Of a stretch of 64,000 nt of DNA, positions 12,748 to 28,204 are shown in pieces. The stretch spans positions 149,606,001 through 149,670,000 of the forward strand of contig OZ024743.1 of assembly GCA_964016885.1 (NCBI GenBank), read 5' to 3'. The notes under the pieces were generated by a model, which was given only the letters and a program-made list of their open reading frames with translations, was not told the origin of the DNA and searched no databases. The translations under genes were made by a program, and so were the position numbers. Each line of letters opens with the position of its first letter. Position 1 is the stretch's first letter. This DNA is from Eledone cirrhosa. Its lineage: Eukaryota.

Positions 12748-14608
12748 ATATATATGTATGTATGTGTATATGTATGTATATGTGTATATATATATATATA
12801 TGTATTTCGTTGACAAATATATCAATATGCCCAGAAATGCCGATATATTGCCCTTGGTATGACAGTGTGGTTTTAGCTCAATGTAGGATAACTAGTATAC
12901 TACAGAGCTGTTATAGTTATAGGAATAACCAGTACAAAAGTACAAAAATACAGGGATAAGAAAAGAGATAAATATAAAAATACAAAATAATAAAAGAACA
13001 AAAACCCCGGAAACCCCCCCAAAATATAAGACAAAGCACAAGCTGTGCAAAAAGAGGGTGTACAGGCAGATTAAGAGAGTTTGCAAGCATGAGTCTGTGA
13101 AAAGAATAGTTGGTTAGCAGTGGTGCAGCCTTACATGTATGATAGTCCATATGAGGGATGGTGTACTCCAATAATATCGCCTTGTAACAGGTCGATTCTC
13201 CTTATCATATCCGCACCCTACGAACCACATCGATATGTTCCAGTTCCGAACGTTAAGTGAGATAACACTATTTTTCCAAAACCTATACCCAGGGGATTTA
13301 TCACCATAGGCGGTCTGGGATATACACCTAAAATCTAAAATAAAAAATAAAAGTAAGTATGACGAGTTAAAGAAATGTATGGTACATATACAGCCGGCAC
13401 AGATGTGAGGAAATTGAAAACACGCCAGGTCCGCAGAAACTGGCATTCCCCAAAATCCTCACGTTCGGTCGCTCAATCCAAAGTGCCAGATGAAATTCAC
13501 TGTATGTCCAAGTTGGTGTTCAACCAATGTATCGCACCGTATACAACTGTACCACAGTAAATACAAATTGTGATGGTAATCCCGTTACATATAGAGAAAA
13601 AGTGTATATAGGAAACTCCGCTTCCAGAATCACATATGGCAGAATGAACATATATTGTTATAATAATAGGCGGGTTTATTATAGTGAGTGCAAATTTCTG
13701 TAGAATATATAGATATATATAGAAAAGAGAACTCATAACCAAACCTGTCAATGTTATTTATATTTCCGGCACGTGGTTTTCGTTTAGATTATTGGCTCCG
13801 GAGGTTGCAATCCATTCACAGTCGGGTGTGACTCCTCCTGGGTCGGCGAGTTTTCAATATCCACTGCTGCACTTTGCCTTGAGTGTGGTTCTATAATTCA
13901 TCGAAGCTGGATCACAATTCATATTCAACTAACTCCAACTTTCAAAGATTAGTCTCTCGCTAGTAACACATAAGGGTAGTCGGAATATAAACACAGGAAG
14001 TCGTAGTGTACGTATGAAAGGTATGGGAGGCAATTCATTAGATATCCAATGGGATGCTAGGGGCGAGTCTCTTGTTTGATTCGAAGCCCTCGGCGATCAA
14101 CCTTCCCTTCGCCCTAGGGCTAGGTCGATTCAGCGACGCCCAGCCCACACGATTTGCTACCATAGTTCACTATACTAGGTTAGATCTATTACACACTTTA
14201 GAGTTAAGGTTAACTAGACCCCGGGTGCCCAATTCACCCGCTTTATAGCTGCGGCGGGGTTTTCTGGGCTTTCGACAGACTATTGTGCTGTGCTATCAGT
14301 TAGTCACAATGGGTGTGTTTATAAACCATACTAACATGGTTAGTTTGGGTACGTGCCTATATAGGGTCAAGCTGTGCTAGGTATAGTGAAGAGCCTTAAG
14401 TAGGTTCTACCCCAGGGTTCTTGGCTTGTGGTCCAATAAGATGAACTAGGGAAGAGAGGAAGAAAAGTAAGTGAGGGGGAGAAGAGAAGAGGTATTAGAG
14501 TAGTCTATATACACCTAAAAGGCAGTTATCGTCACAAAGGAACCAAGATGCAGTGCGACGTGGTTTTACGTAGGTCAGACAGGACGGATGTATGCAGGTC
14601 CTACGGCG

Positions 14609-15410
14609 TTAGCTAATTGGTCTAAAATAATAGAAGGAGCTAAGATTTATGTGCGGGCAAGAAGAGAATATCTCCGACTTCCTATTTAGCAGGTTCAGTT
14701 TGGAGTGTATTATGGCGTGTGATTCAGAGAGACAAAGGTCACAGGTCTTGTTAGGGGGTCTGTACTGCGATGATTTAGTGATGATTCTCCAATCAAACGT
14801 GTATTGAATATCAGTGTTCTTCAGGAGGGATATGTAACTAGCTAGGGATGTAGTATTCTTAAGTTTATCATCTCTTAATGTATAGCGATGGGAGTTGTAT
14901 CTAGTCTTAAAGGGGGTCGATGTAGACCCTATATATGTTTTGGAGGAGGTCCGAGTTGTAACATCACATGCGTAGACAATATTGTTTATAAGGCATTGTC
15001 CCTTTCGTCTGCAGTTACATTTTCGGTGTATGTGAGTCTGCGGCACAGGAGATGTTTGGTTTTCCGTGCGTTCCAGATTTGGCAACCGTACATCAGATGT
15101 GTGGATAGTATTGCTGGGTGACGCCGCATCAGGTCCATCTAGTGGTTGCCGGTATGCCGAAGCTGCAATGGTATCGAAACCCTTTCTAATTTTTCTGTTG
15201 TTCGTTATGGCTCGGTGACGAGCTAGATTTGGAGTAGTGGAGAATGATAGCTTAATTGTGTTTTTATTAATGATACTATGGTATTTACTACCGGGGGGGG
15301 GGGGTTCCAAGATCGAGAAGCTTGCCTTTGGTATATTGGTTGATACCTCCGAGTTGTAAGGTGGATTAAAGTAGGAATTAGATCGTCTATTTTTCCTATT
15401 TTTCGTACTA
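14609..15410 (-). mobile_element. PLE 3' part with GIY-YIG endonuclease, Hydra-clade-like
   Basis: YFNPPY, CNC, NIVY..YIGSTSTPFKTRYNSH, CDLC..E..LLNRKSEIFSSCPH; no RT core retained. Confidence 0.85.
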
Positions 15411-15979
15411 GGGGAAGAGTTGGCCCTGGGCATAGACAACCCATCTTCCGTGGTAGAGAGAACCTGGGGTGGTAACTTTACCCGGAGGGGTTCACAGGCT
15501 TCCCAGTCTTTCCTATTGCACTTCAATTTGCTGCTTTTATCCTAGTGTTAGTATTATTGCCATACCGATGAGGCGTGTTAAATGGAGTCCCTTGGGGTTG
15601 GTGAGAGCCGCCTAAAGTACCCGTGTAGTTCCTATTTTTGTGTCCGCTTCTATTAGGCAAAGCCATATTGTGTGTGATTGCACTTTTTTTAAAAATTATT
15701 TTATTATTGTTTCCGATCATGCTGAGTAATACCCTCACTCATCCCTTGCTACCCTCTCCCAACCTCTTTATCATCTATTGCACCATTTAAGTGATACACT
15801 TTTGGTGTAATATTTAATATTTAATTTTTAAATTTTTGAGACATTTTATGACATTATGTCCATCATGTATTCTGTCTTTTTCAATATAGCGCTGGCCTCG
15901 GGACCCCCTGCCGGTCATTTAACCTTGTTCTGGTGACGCAGCTCGATGGAGCATGCAACTACTGATATACTCATGTTTA

Positions 15980-16029
15980 TAGGGTCTGATGATTCCTGCA
16001 ATGGTGTATGGATGAAACACTGTTAGCTA
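15980..16029 (+). ncRNA. Type I hammerhead motif (family E), ~45 bp upstream of (AT)n
   Basis: TAGGGT-CTGATGA-TTCC..GGAT-GAAA-CACTG-TT-AGCTA; stem I imperfect. Confidence 0.55.
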
Positions 16030-16115
16030 ATAAAACAATGTATTTCTAAGCACTCTTTGGTTATTCCTATAACTATATATATATGTATGTATATATGTGT
16101 GTATATGTGTATGGT

Positions 16116-16148
<33 letters not shown>

Positions 16149-16205
16149 GTTTATATGTATGTGTATGTAAATATACATATATGTATATATATATATATAT
16201 GTATG

Positions 16206-16241
<36 letters not shown>

Positions 16242-16331
16242 TGTATGTATATATATATATATATATATGTATGTATATAAATATGTATGTATATATATAT
16301 ATATGTATGTATATATATATCTATTTATACA

Positions 16332-16531
<200 letters not shown>

Positions 16532-16689
16532 CACATACCCGATCATTTTCAAACGTTTGTGAGACAGCTATATGTTTACGGATTCGATCACAATGCTTGT
16601 CATTTGAGGTTAAATTCATTTATTGTAGCATCGAGTTGAGTAATATCTTCAGAGTGAAATTTCCTTAACGGAATTTGTACAGAGCGTCG

Positions 16690-16930
16690 CAAATATGCGC
16701 GTGCCTACAAGTTCATCTATGCGTGAGTTCAACACCAGCAACATGTTATGTCCTTGAGCAAGACACTTTTTTCATGTTGTTGCAAACCACTCAGCTTAGA
16801 AAGTTAGCTTTACATATATTTCACAAATCCGGACTTGTTACACATTGTATTACGCTGAATCTCCCCGAGAATTACTTTTAGAGTATACGTGTGTATAGAA
16901 TACTCAGTCAAACTAATTTCACGAGCAAGC
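16690..16930 (+). mobile_element. Diverged SINE (second family)
   Basis: B-box-like GAGTTCAACAC followed by TGTCCTTGAGCAAGACACTTT..CCACTCAGC, recalled as a SINE core found in cephalopods. Confidence 0.55.
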
Positions 16931-17099
16931 TGTTTCGTTGTTCGAATAACTGGAATACACGTCATCGGAACCGATTGAAGTCCTGCACACACACATCTAT
17001 ACAGACCGGTGTGTATATATGCATATATGTATGTGTGCGCACTAGCCTGGTAGCCATGTCTGATTTCCTGAAAATATACGAACTTCTTGTATTCATTTA

Positions 17100-17140
17100 C
17101 TAGCAGTGGTACCCGGCGTTGCACGGGATAAGGTATTTTG
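17100..17140 (-). mobile_element. Helitron 3' terminus
   Basis: Reverse complement CCCGTGCAACGCCGGG-TACCACTG-CTAG|T. Confidence 0.7.
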
Positions 17141-17356
17141 GAACTTGGGCCGCCAACAGACCTAATCGTGGAAAAACTGCATGCCTGGACAATATGTAAA
17201 GAAAATAAACCGAATACTCTGATGGCTGGATAATCTAAGATTTTCCTCAATGAAGCAGGAAAAAGGCAGGTTTTCACCTAGGGGATCAAGAAAATGAATT
17301 TTTTTAATGTGCATAATATGCCTTGAAATTTCGGGAAAATCGGCTAGAAGTAACGC

Positions 17357-19904
17357 CTCAAAAAAGCCCTGAAAAGCTGAAAAAATGAAGAGATATGGAG
17401 AGATAGCATGCTTTCCAACAGACAAGTCTGGCAGAATGTCGGTTGACAGTCTGCCAAACTACATCCAGGCAATGCAACCCCACATGACTAACACAAGAGA
17501 AGTAATACCACAAGAGCATGAGGATAGAGAAAAAGCCCTCAATGCCCATATGGTGATGTGGACAAATATAATGCAGCCCAACAAAAGGACTGCCAACAAC
17601 TTCCAGGCCTGGAACAATGACGTGCCAGCGTTGTATGGGCTTCTAAAAGACCATAAAACGGCAGTGACCCTATCACGGGTCCACCAACACGCCCAGTCTG
17701 TGGAGCTAACATTGCTAGTAACTACAGACTTTTCTACTTCCTCTCCCTGTTCATACGCCCCATCATTGAAATGTCCCCAGATGTATGTGACAGCACGGAG
17801 GACCTCCTCAGCAGAATCGGCGAGAGTAACCGATCTAGGGACCTAACAAACTGCATAATAGGTAGTATGGATGTTGTGTCCCTGTATCCATCTATTGACG
17901 TGGATTTTGCTGTGGAGAAATGCGTAGAAATGATCAGTGAGAGCAATGTTGAGTTCCGTGGGATTGATACCAGTGAGCTGGGACTCCTACTTAAACTTAC
18001 CTATAGTAATAATTACCTAGACACATATGACCTTAGCAGCCTGTGCCCTACAAGACCAGCCAAAGGCAGACCACCTACCATTACCTCAATGGCCAAGAAA
18101 GCCTACACAGATAGATGGAACGGGTGGACCAGAACCATACGGACCCCCGAAAACCACGATGAACTAAAGAAAATGATTGCACATGCGGTGGGGGCCAGCA
18201 TAAAATTAACCCTTAAGGAACATATGTTCAAATTTAATGGAAAAACATATGCCCAAGAGGAAGGAGCAGCCGTTGGTGTTAGCATTGCAGGCGACATAGC
18301 TAACTTATTCATGGTATGGTGGAACAGTAGACTTAAACTTAAACAACAATTAGAATACCCCTTAACCCTGATAATGTACTCCTGCTACGTTGATGATATA
18401 AACATCGTAGTTAAAACACCCCCACTAGAGAACAGTCAGGAACTAGAGAAAAACACAATGGAAAGCATCCAGCAAATAGCTAACTCCATCCACCAGAGTA
18501 TGAGAGTTACTATAGACTACCCAAGTAAACACGCCAACCATCGATTACCTGTACTAGACACACAGCTCTGGTTAGATACCATTAATAACAAAAAACAAAT
18601 CCTCCATTCCCAGTATGCCAAACCCATGACTTCCAAATATCTAATCCACCGAAACTCAGCTGTTTCGGACCATACTAAAATCAACATACTGATTGCGGAT
18701 TTGGGACGGGTGATGAGAAACGTGTCCCACATGTGCAACCCCGAAGAACTAGAGAGACACATACAACACTTCATCCACCGTATGCAGTTCTCTGGTTACA
18801 ATCAGAGAGATAAAATCAGAGTGTATAGGGGAGCCAGAACCAAAGGGGAAAAATGGTAAATAATGACACAAATGGGACCTGCCCCTTGTATAGGAGCAAA
18901 TTTTGGAATAGAATAGAAAGAACTAGGAATAAGGCTAATAGAATAAACTCATGGTATGATAGCAATAAATACCAGAGTGTAATGTTCATCGATACAACCC
19001 CTAGAGGTGAATTAGCTTATAAATTTAGAAGGGCCCTAGATAAACATAAACTCAATATTAAGATAGTAGAAAGACCAGGTACCTCCATAAAAACACTTAT
19101 TAGCAAGATATACCCTTTTCAAAGACCCCCCTGTATATATAAGAAATGTATAACCTGTAAATTAAGCCCCCCTATTAACTGTAAAACTAGAAATGTAGTA
19201 TATAGCATAAGATGTACTGAAGGACAATGTAGAGACAAAAATATAGTGTACATAGGTGAGACAGCTCGTAGTGTAGGGGAACGGATAAATGAATACTGGC
19301 GAGACCTTCAAGATAGTAAAGAATCATCTGTACTCTACCAACATGCTAAAATAGAACATAAGGGTAAATTAGAGAACATAGAAATAAATATAGAATCTAC
19401 ACACAGAAAAGACGCAATGTTTAGACAAATCACAGAGGCAATAAACATAAAAGAATTACAACCAAAATTAAATAGAAAACATGAGTGGAACAGCAATATC
19501 ACAACTTACAATTAAGGACAAAATGAAAACATACACGCACATAGAACAAACAACCAACCTGTAACATGTAAATAAACAAATAAATAAACGAATATAAACA
19601 CACACAGACACCTGGATGTGGCGCATGCGCAGACTGAGCACACAACACTCACACAGAAACAAGATGGCGTAGGACAGAACAAAGGAGAGGCACAAAAACA
19701 AAGAAAATAATCCCCAATCACTGAAGAGGTCACAGAATGTGTGACGAAAGAACTTTGACAATATATAAACAACCATCTGGTTGTGGAACCAACCAACCAA
19801 CCGGAAACTTATAAATTCCTAAATTTATAAATTTATTATAATAAATTGAAGTGAAACAACTGGTGCGTGTGTTTCTTATTGGCAACATGACCCTCCCAAA
19901 GTAT

Positions 19905-19910
<6 letters not shown>
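17357..19910 (+). mobile_element. 5'-truncated Penelope-like element (RT + GIY-YIG + pLTR), tentatively Nematis-like; frameshifted
   Basis: TDKSG, LYGLLKDHK, MDVVSLYPSI, QEEGAAVG, YVDD, LPVLD; CxxC linker; NVVY..YIGETARS..R..H..E..LN; ORF pieces 17385-17660, 17771-18859, 18853-19515; ends in (AT)n. Confidence 0.93.
19716..19760 (+). ncRNA. Hammerhead motif in PLE pLTR (family F)
   Basis: TCA-CTGAAGA-G-GTCACA GAATG TGTGAC-GAAA-GAAC-TT-TGA. Confidence 0.75.
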
Positions 19911-19994
<84 letters not shown>

Positions 19995-20124
19995 TGTATG
20001 TATGTATGTATGTATGTATGTATGTATGTATGTATGTATGTATGTATATGTGTGTTTTCTACGCTCTCTCCCTTCTTTTTTCTCTCTATCTGTATATATG
20101 TCTCTCTGTCTGTCAGTTTATATA

Positions 20125-20536
<412 letters not shown>

Positions 20537-20744
20537 AAAATTAAGATAAATCAAATGAATTTAATCTAAATCAAAATTATGGGTGTCATGCCAGAAAGAC
20601 ACGCGCCATATCACCCGCAAAATAAGCTCTAAGATTCTAACGAGTAGGTCCGAGCATTTTATAATAACTAGAAATTGATTAACATATAAATAAACATGAA
20701 TAATCACAGGAGATAATTTTTACAAGTGTGTAACCACGCATAGC

Positions 20745-21199
<455 letters not shown>

Positions 21200-21215
21200 A
21201 TATATATATATACAC

Positions 21216-21472
<257 letters not shown>

Positions 21473-21481
21473 ACGAAGGAA

Positions 21482-21588
21482 ATGTGGTAAGGAACCAGGT
21501 GGACCATAACGCACCAAAGTACTCAATACTTAGGGTAGTAGAGTGGGTAATAGGAACGAGTAGGACCGGGGGTCCTACTCGTTCCTAT
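21482..21588. repeat. Second copy of the 7285 repeat, ending in a perfect 18-bp-arm hairpin
   Basis: ATAGGAACGAGTAGGACC-GGG-GGTCCTACTCGTTCCTAT (21550-21588), flanked by (AT)n. Confidence 0.7.
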
Positions 21589-21671
21589 ATATATACATTA
21601 TATATATATATATATATATACACATATATACATATATATACATATATATATACACACATACACACACACAC

Positions 21672-21723
<52 letters not shown>

Positions 21724-22049
21724 TACAGAGAGAGTGAGAGACACATACAGATATATAAAAAAGAGGTAGTGAGAGAGGGGAAGAGAGAGGGTGAGTCAGA
21801 TGTGAGACCGGCAGACAACAAACGAAATAAAAAGTAGAAAAGTTTCAGTTAATTAGAGAAAGGTTGTGGATTGAGTGAGAGCTGAAGTACTTTTTTATAG
21901 AGAGCATGAGAGACGACCAGCCAGTAAATTCTCCCTTAACTCCCACTCCCATTCCATCTTTAGAAAATAAGTCGACAGTCAGCTTGATGGAGGTCAGATT
22001 AGTTGAAAACAGGATAAACCTTATTTATTATCAATTGTAATTAGTGTTA

Positions 22050-22704
22050 CTAGCAGAAAAACCACCCTACAGGTGGTTTTCTGCTAGCATGTGTAGTGTG
22101 TATATTGATATTATACACAAATATATATGCATGTAAATATGATACATCAAATAAAATTGTAATTGACAATATTCACCGAAATTGAACAAAGCCTATGTTA
22201 CACTGTCTTCTGTAATCAGTAATCCATGATATATTAAAAAAAGACGACATTATATATAAACTGCATTAGGAGAAATTTAGCGACGGAAATATATGCGATT
22301 ATAAGTGTTATAATATAACGGCCGCTAACCGGAAGTGTTGACATTTGATAATTTTAAAGATTAAGCTATAAAATATATTTAATCAACAGCCACGACATTT
22401 AGCACATAAATTATGTAATAATCCTTCATTATTGGCAGTATCGGTAGAGAGTCGGACACCATGCTTTGAAGCTTAGAGTTACGTCCCTTTACGGTCTGAG
22501 TTCAAATCCCGCCGAGGTTAACTTTGCCTTTCATCCTTACCTGGTCGATAAAATAAAGTACCAATAATACACTGGGTGATTGCTGGCTTTGTGCCAAAAG
22601 TAGAAACAATTATTTATTCAAAGTAATCCAACTTATTTTACAAACGGAGTAAATAAATATATTCTGGACGCAATCCCGCAGACCTTCCTTTATTATAGTT
22701 AAGA
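22050..22704 (-). mobile_element. Non-autonomous Helitron interrupted by a SINE
   Basis: Minus strand 5' A|TCTTAACTATAATAAAG; 3' hairpin + CTAG|T at 22050; internal homology to 1790-1840. Confidence 0.55.
22432..22612 (+). mobile_element. tRNA-derived SINE (octopod-like)
   Basis: TGGCAGTATCGG..GAGTTCAAATCCCGCCGAGGTTAACTTTGCCTTTCATCC..GTGCCAAAAGTAGAAAC; 3' fragments also at ~1550-1612 and ~22815-22862. Confidence 0.85.
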
Positions 22705-22726
22705 TTAACGGTCAACGTATATATAT

Positions 22727-22788
<62 letters not shown>

Positions 22789-23989
22789 TAGTCCCGTCAA
22801 CTTATTATTATTATACACTGGGTAATTGCTGGCCTTGTGCCAAAACTAGAAACAATTATTATTATATATATAAAAAATAAAGAAAGAAACCATTACTATA
22901 TATACCGATCCCCCACATTTCTATCATCAGGATCATTATCATCACTACTATTAATAATTATCTGTTATGCGTTACATCACCGACGTACCGTCTGAGGAAC
23001 TTACGAGTTGCACACAATACGCTGGCGTTTGTCCCCGTTCCTAGAGTGCTTGGAAAAAAAATCCCAATTTTCAATATATGAATATACTTGGTATGGTTTG
23101 AGAATTCTCCGGATTTTGTGGAGATGAGGGCGTCATTATCTCTGTTTTATAGAACGCCAAACCACACTTTTCCTTCACAATACCAACACACACATATTAG
23201 TGAGAACTAGATCTATTATTTTAACTAAACATTGGCAATAAATGATATATATTTATATTTTATCTATATTTACCCATAATTTATTTCTAACTTTTTAATT
23301 TAATTTATACCGTTTATACTTTTTAATTCATACTTCTTTTCTGAATGTAGTTTGTACGTAATGTATTCTTTCATAATTCCTTTTCATACATTTACTAAAC
23401 AGCCCATCTTTCATGATATATTTTTTTGAAACATTTTATAAGTTTATAAATTTTTATAACCTGACTCAATAGAAAATATCTTCTGTAACCCGATCTTCTT
23501 CACCGTCACTCTTAGCTGGTTTTGGCCAGTAGATATTCACAATTAATCCCTTGCCTCTCACCTATGTAGCTATTCTCCGAGTGGCTAGCCTTACCTGTAT
23601 CTATAACAACAGGATATGCAGTGCTAATTTACAAGCTCTACACGTATCTTAGTTGCGCATACCAAACCCACAATGCATTGCATTGACAAGCTTGTTATCC
23701 GGAGATGGTCTGTGGCAACAATAATACCTACTTCGTAGGCCATATCCGAATCAAGTATTTTCTCTATTTTCTCTGCCTATATTTTCTCTCTTTGTGTTTG
23801 CCGTAATTCATTTATTGAGTAACTAATTATGTAATACAAATCTGACTATGTCGCCAGGATCTTACGCAACCTGGCCATTGGAATATATATAGTGTTTTTG
23901 CAACAATAAAACTTTAAGTGAACTTCACCAGTCCGGCCTCCTGTTAATTTAATCAAATTAATCTTTCTCTCTCTCTCCTCTCTATATTG

Positions 23990-24084
<95 letters not shown>

Positions 24085-25050
24085 GATTGAATAGCGTCAG
24101 AAGTATCGAAGAAGTGCTGATCGATTTGGGTCAGAGTCTCAACATCCTGCTGCTGGGAGATTTTAACCTTCCCAAGGTCAGGATACCCAAATAGCTTGCT
24201 AGACCGTTCGAACGTAGACGTGATATATCTCGACTTTGTGAAAGCCTTCGACAAGGTTGATCATGGAATGATGTGTCACGAACTATGTAGCTTTGGCATA
24301 GCTGGAAAACTAGGTGAATGGCGTCATGATCTCTTAAAAGACAGAATCCAGACTGTTGCAGCGAATGGTGCCCTCTCAAAGGAAACATCAATAACAAGCG
24401 GTGTGCCCCAGAGAATCGTCTTGTGGTCATTACTGTTTGTGGTGGCTCTCTCAGACATGCCCTCTGTAATACGAACAGCCTCCCTCACAAGCTATGCTGA
24501 TGACACGAAAGTATCATAGACAATCAAGAAACAGGCTGGTGTTATTCTCTTACAACAGGATTTAGATGCCATATACGAATGGGCTGAAGATAACAATATG
24601 CAATTTAATGTCACAAACATAGTACGACCACAACAAAGGTACACTGGACTAGGAGGAATCGAAATCAATACAGAACCCGGGTATTGACTTGAGCAATGAT
24701 GCGCCGTTTCATACACACATCATCAAAATGACTACAATGTGCAGACAACTAGCAGGTTAGACTTTGAGGTCTTTTAGGACAAGAGAACAGGAAACCCTGT
24801 TGGTTTTCTGGAAGACTTTCGTCATTAGCCGACTGGACTATTGTTCTCAGCTGCAGTCGCCCCACAGTTTCAAACTAACCGCAGAACTTGTAGTAATTTA
24901 ACGAAGCTACACCAAGAGGATTGTCTAAGGGAAAGAGGTGAGCTACTGGGAGAGGCTAAAAAAACAAAACTTTACTCTCTGTAGTGAAGACGGAAGAGCT
25001 ACGCAGTGATATTCTGGAAGAGCTAACATCAAACTTCGGCATCGAAGGCA
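24085..25050 (+). mobile_element. CR1/L2-group LINE RT fragment
   Basis: VDVIYLDFVKAFDKVDH, SGVPQ, YADDTK, LQQDLDAIYEWA, LDYCSQL, SYWERLK. Confidence 0.85.
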
Positions 25051-25069
25051 AGACCTCAAAAAAAAAAAA

Positions 25070-25832
<763 letters not shown>

Positions 25833-25855
25833 GAAGGCCTGAATAAATATATATG

Positions 25856-25954
<99 letters not shown>

Positions 25955-26054
25955 GTGTATGTGAAGAGAGAATAGACTCATTTTATAACATGTTATCCAT
26001 GTGCAACCTGCAGTATTCTTCTCCCCATTTTTTCACATATATTAACTGCGATTC

Positions 26055-26085
<31 letters not shown>

Positions 26086-26564
26086 TACTGCTCCCTCGTT
26101 CTCTCTGTTTCTCTTACTTTCTTTCGCCCCCTCTGTCATGTCAGTTAACACTTTCTCTCTACTGACCTCTTCCTCACACTTCCACTCACTCACTCACTGT
26201 TTCTCCCCTTCTCACTTCACCCCGTTCGCGACGAAAACAATTTCCTTCTTTCTTACATTGGATTCATCTCGAAAGGTCTATTTTATACGCACTCATATAT
26301 TCACCCAGCTTATGCTGATAGAATAACTATGTAGCTTGTGCCTCTTCCTATCTACGGTTAGCTTTTCTCTTTGTTGTTTACTTGTCTCATTCGCTTTACG
26401 CGTTTTAATTGTCCTAATAACTTAATTTAGTTATTATTGCACCAACGTGAGGTATATGATTTTTAATGCAATGAAATATCTATGATCGTCGGCAAATCAC
26501 TGATGAGGGACTCATTTTATAACATGTTATCCATGTGCAACCTGCAGTATTCTTCTCCCCATTT

Positions 26565-26634
<70 letters not shown>

Positions 26635-26699
26635 ATATATGTGTGTGTGTGTGTGTATGTGAAGAGAGAAGAGAGAAAAAAGGCGCAAAGCAGAAAACG

Positions 26700-26925
26700 A
26701 TACAAACACAAACGCACATATAACACAAACACACACACAGACGAAGGCGCATGCGCAGACACGAAACACGAAAAACGCAGGCGAAGACGAGATGGTGTAG
26801 AAGTTTAAAACTAGGGGAAAAAGGAGGCACAAAACAGATAGTCATTGGAGTCACATAATTTGTAGCGAAAGAATTTTGACAAGTTAATGAATAGTGAACA
26901 ATAAAGATGAAGATAAAGTGAAAAA

Positions 26926-26935
<10 letters not shown>
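26700..26935 (+). mobile_element. Old diverged relative of the family F pLTR
   Basis: GGCGCATGCGCAGAC, AGATGGTGTAG, GAGGCACAAAA and a relic GTCACA..GAAAGAATTTTGAC in the same order. Confidence 0.6.
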
Positions 26936-26974
<39 letters not shown>

Positions 26975-27064
26975 ACACTTTGAATTAGCAATTGAACTAA
27001 AACCTGTTGATAAAGTGGCTTCCTTGTTCAATTGTTCCTTGTTCCTTACCAGAAGCCTAACATT

Positions 27065-27360
27065 ATTTATGTAAGCGGACAGTACTTGATTTAGGAGTCG
27101 CAGAAACCCAAATACTGGATTTTACCAACCTTCCAGGGGTCCGGGTAAATTTTCAATCACATATATTTTTATTGTTTGACCTGAATTACTTGGTCGTTTC
27201 TTTGGCTGTGCGGATGTTTGTTTAACCATTCTCAGTGTGTTTGGCCTTTAACGTATGTTGTAGCTCTGATTCATCTGAATCATCGAGCGCTTGCCACACA
27301 TCTCGGAAGTTGTTTTTCGTTAATTCCTAAGCCGAAATACGATTCTCGCTAATTTATATT
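27065..27360. repeat. Unclassified repeat, homologous to 45885-46210
   Basis: Shared TAAGC.GAC.GTA.TTGATTTAGG.GTC..AGAAAC, TGGATTTTA, TTTGACCTG, GCCGAAAT.CGATTCTCGCT; both end in (AT)n. Confidence 0.6.
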
Positions 27361-27394
27361 TATATATATATATATATAGACCCAGCCTTCACAA

Positions 27395-27680
27395 CAAGAA
27401 AGATGAACAGATTGTTTCAACACTTAATTTTAAATTAAAAAAAAACTATTTATTCTTTTTTATTCTTTTTAATTATAATATTCAACATTCGGTGAGATAG
27501 TTTACACTGATACATCGAAACCGGTTATATTTTATATATTTTATATACATTATAAAACCTTTTTTAAAGAGAATTGTTCCTCTCCATTTTTTCAATAATG
27601 TTACTTTGACGAATCAAAGAAGAAAAAAGAAAAACAGATCCTTAAATATATTTTCCGTGCTATTTCCAATTCCACCTTTT
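27395..27680 (+). mobile_element. Second copy of family G
   Basis: Aligns to 20125-20405; CATC-GAAA-CCGG-TT retained, 5' core degenerate. Confidence 0.6.
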
Positions 27681-27727
27681 CTCTATAATCCCTGTTTTGT
27701 ATAGAACTTTACTCTCTTTTCATATAA

Positions 27728-27788
<61 letters not shown>

Positions 27789-27819
27789 TGTCTGTATGTG
27801 TGTGTGTGTATATATATAT

Positions 27820-27900
27820 ATTGTTATATTTGGGGGTGGTCATGTTGCCAATATTGCCAATAGAATAAATACACGCACCATATGATTTTCACTTTATCTT
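27820..27900 (-). mobile_element. 3' end of a PLE related to family F
   Basis: Reverse complement TGGTGCGTGT..GGCAAC-ATGACCACCCCCAAATATAACAAT-(AT)n. Confidence 0.7.
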
Positions 27901-28204
27901 TATCTTTTTTGCTTATCTTGTTTGCTTTTCCCATATATGATTTTATTAGACTCTGAATCTGTTGATTTTATTAACTCATTCATTGAACCAAACTTAGTAT
28001 CAGTTGGACGATCTGTATGTATCTATACTTGTATTTATACTCGTGTAGAAATATATGTACTTCTTCATTTAATATACAATACACTCCCTTATGCTAGGAT
28101 CAAAATTTGGCCGAATTGAACTACTTTCTAGTACTACGTAGCCAGTCATTGTCCACATTTACTACCCTCCTGTTGGTCACTTGTCACGTGATCATTCTTC
28201 CAAT

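Noticed and set aside
13840-14305. Hammerhead-like strings on the minus strand (TCGATGA..GAAA near 13850-13910; CTGATAG..GAAA near 14265-14300)
   Set aside because: Multiple core mismatches and poor stems I/III.
23838-23897. CTGACTA..GCCAGG/CCTGGC..GGAA relic; also CTGAGGA near 22992
   Set aside because: Both core boxes are mutated or GAAA is absent; cannot be distinguished from chance.
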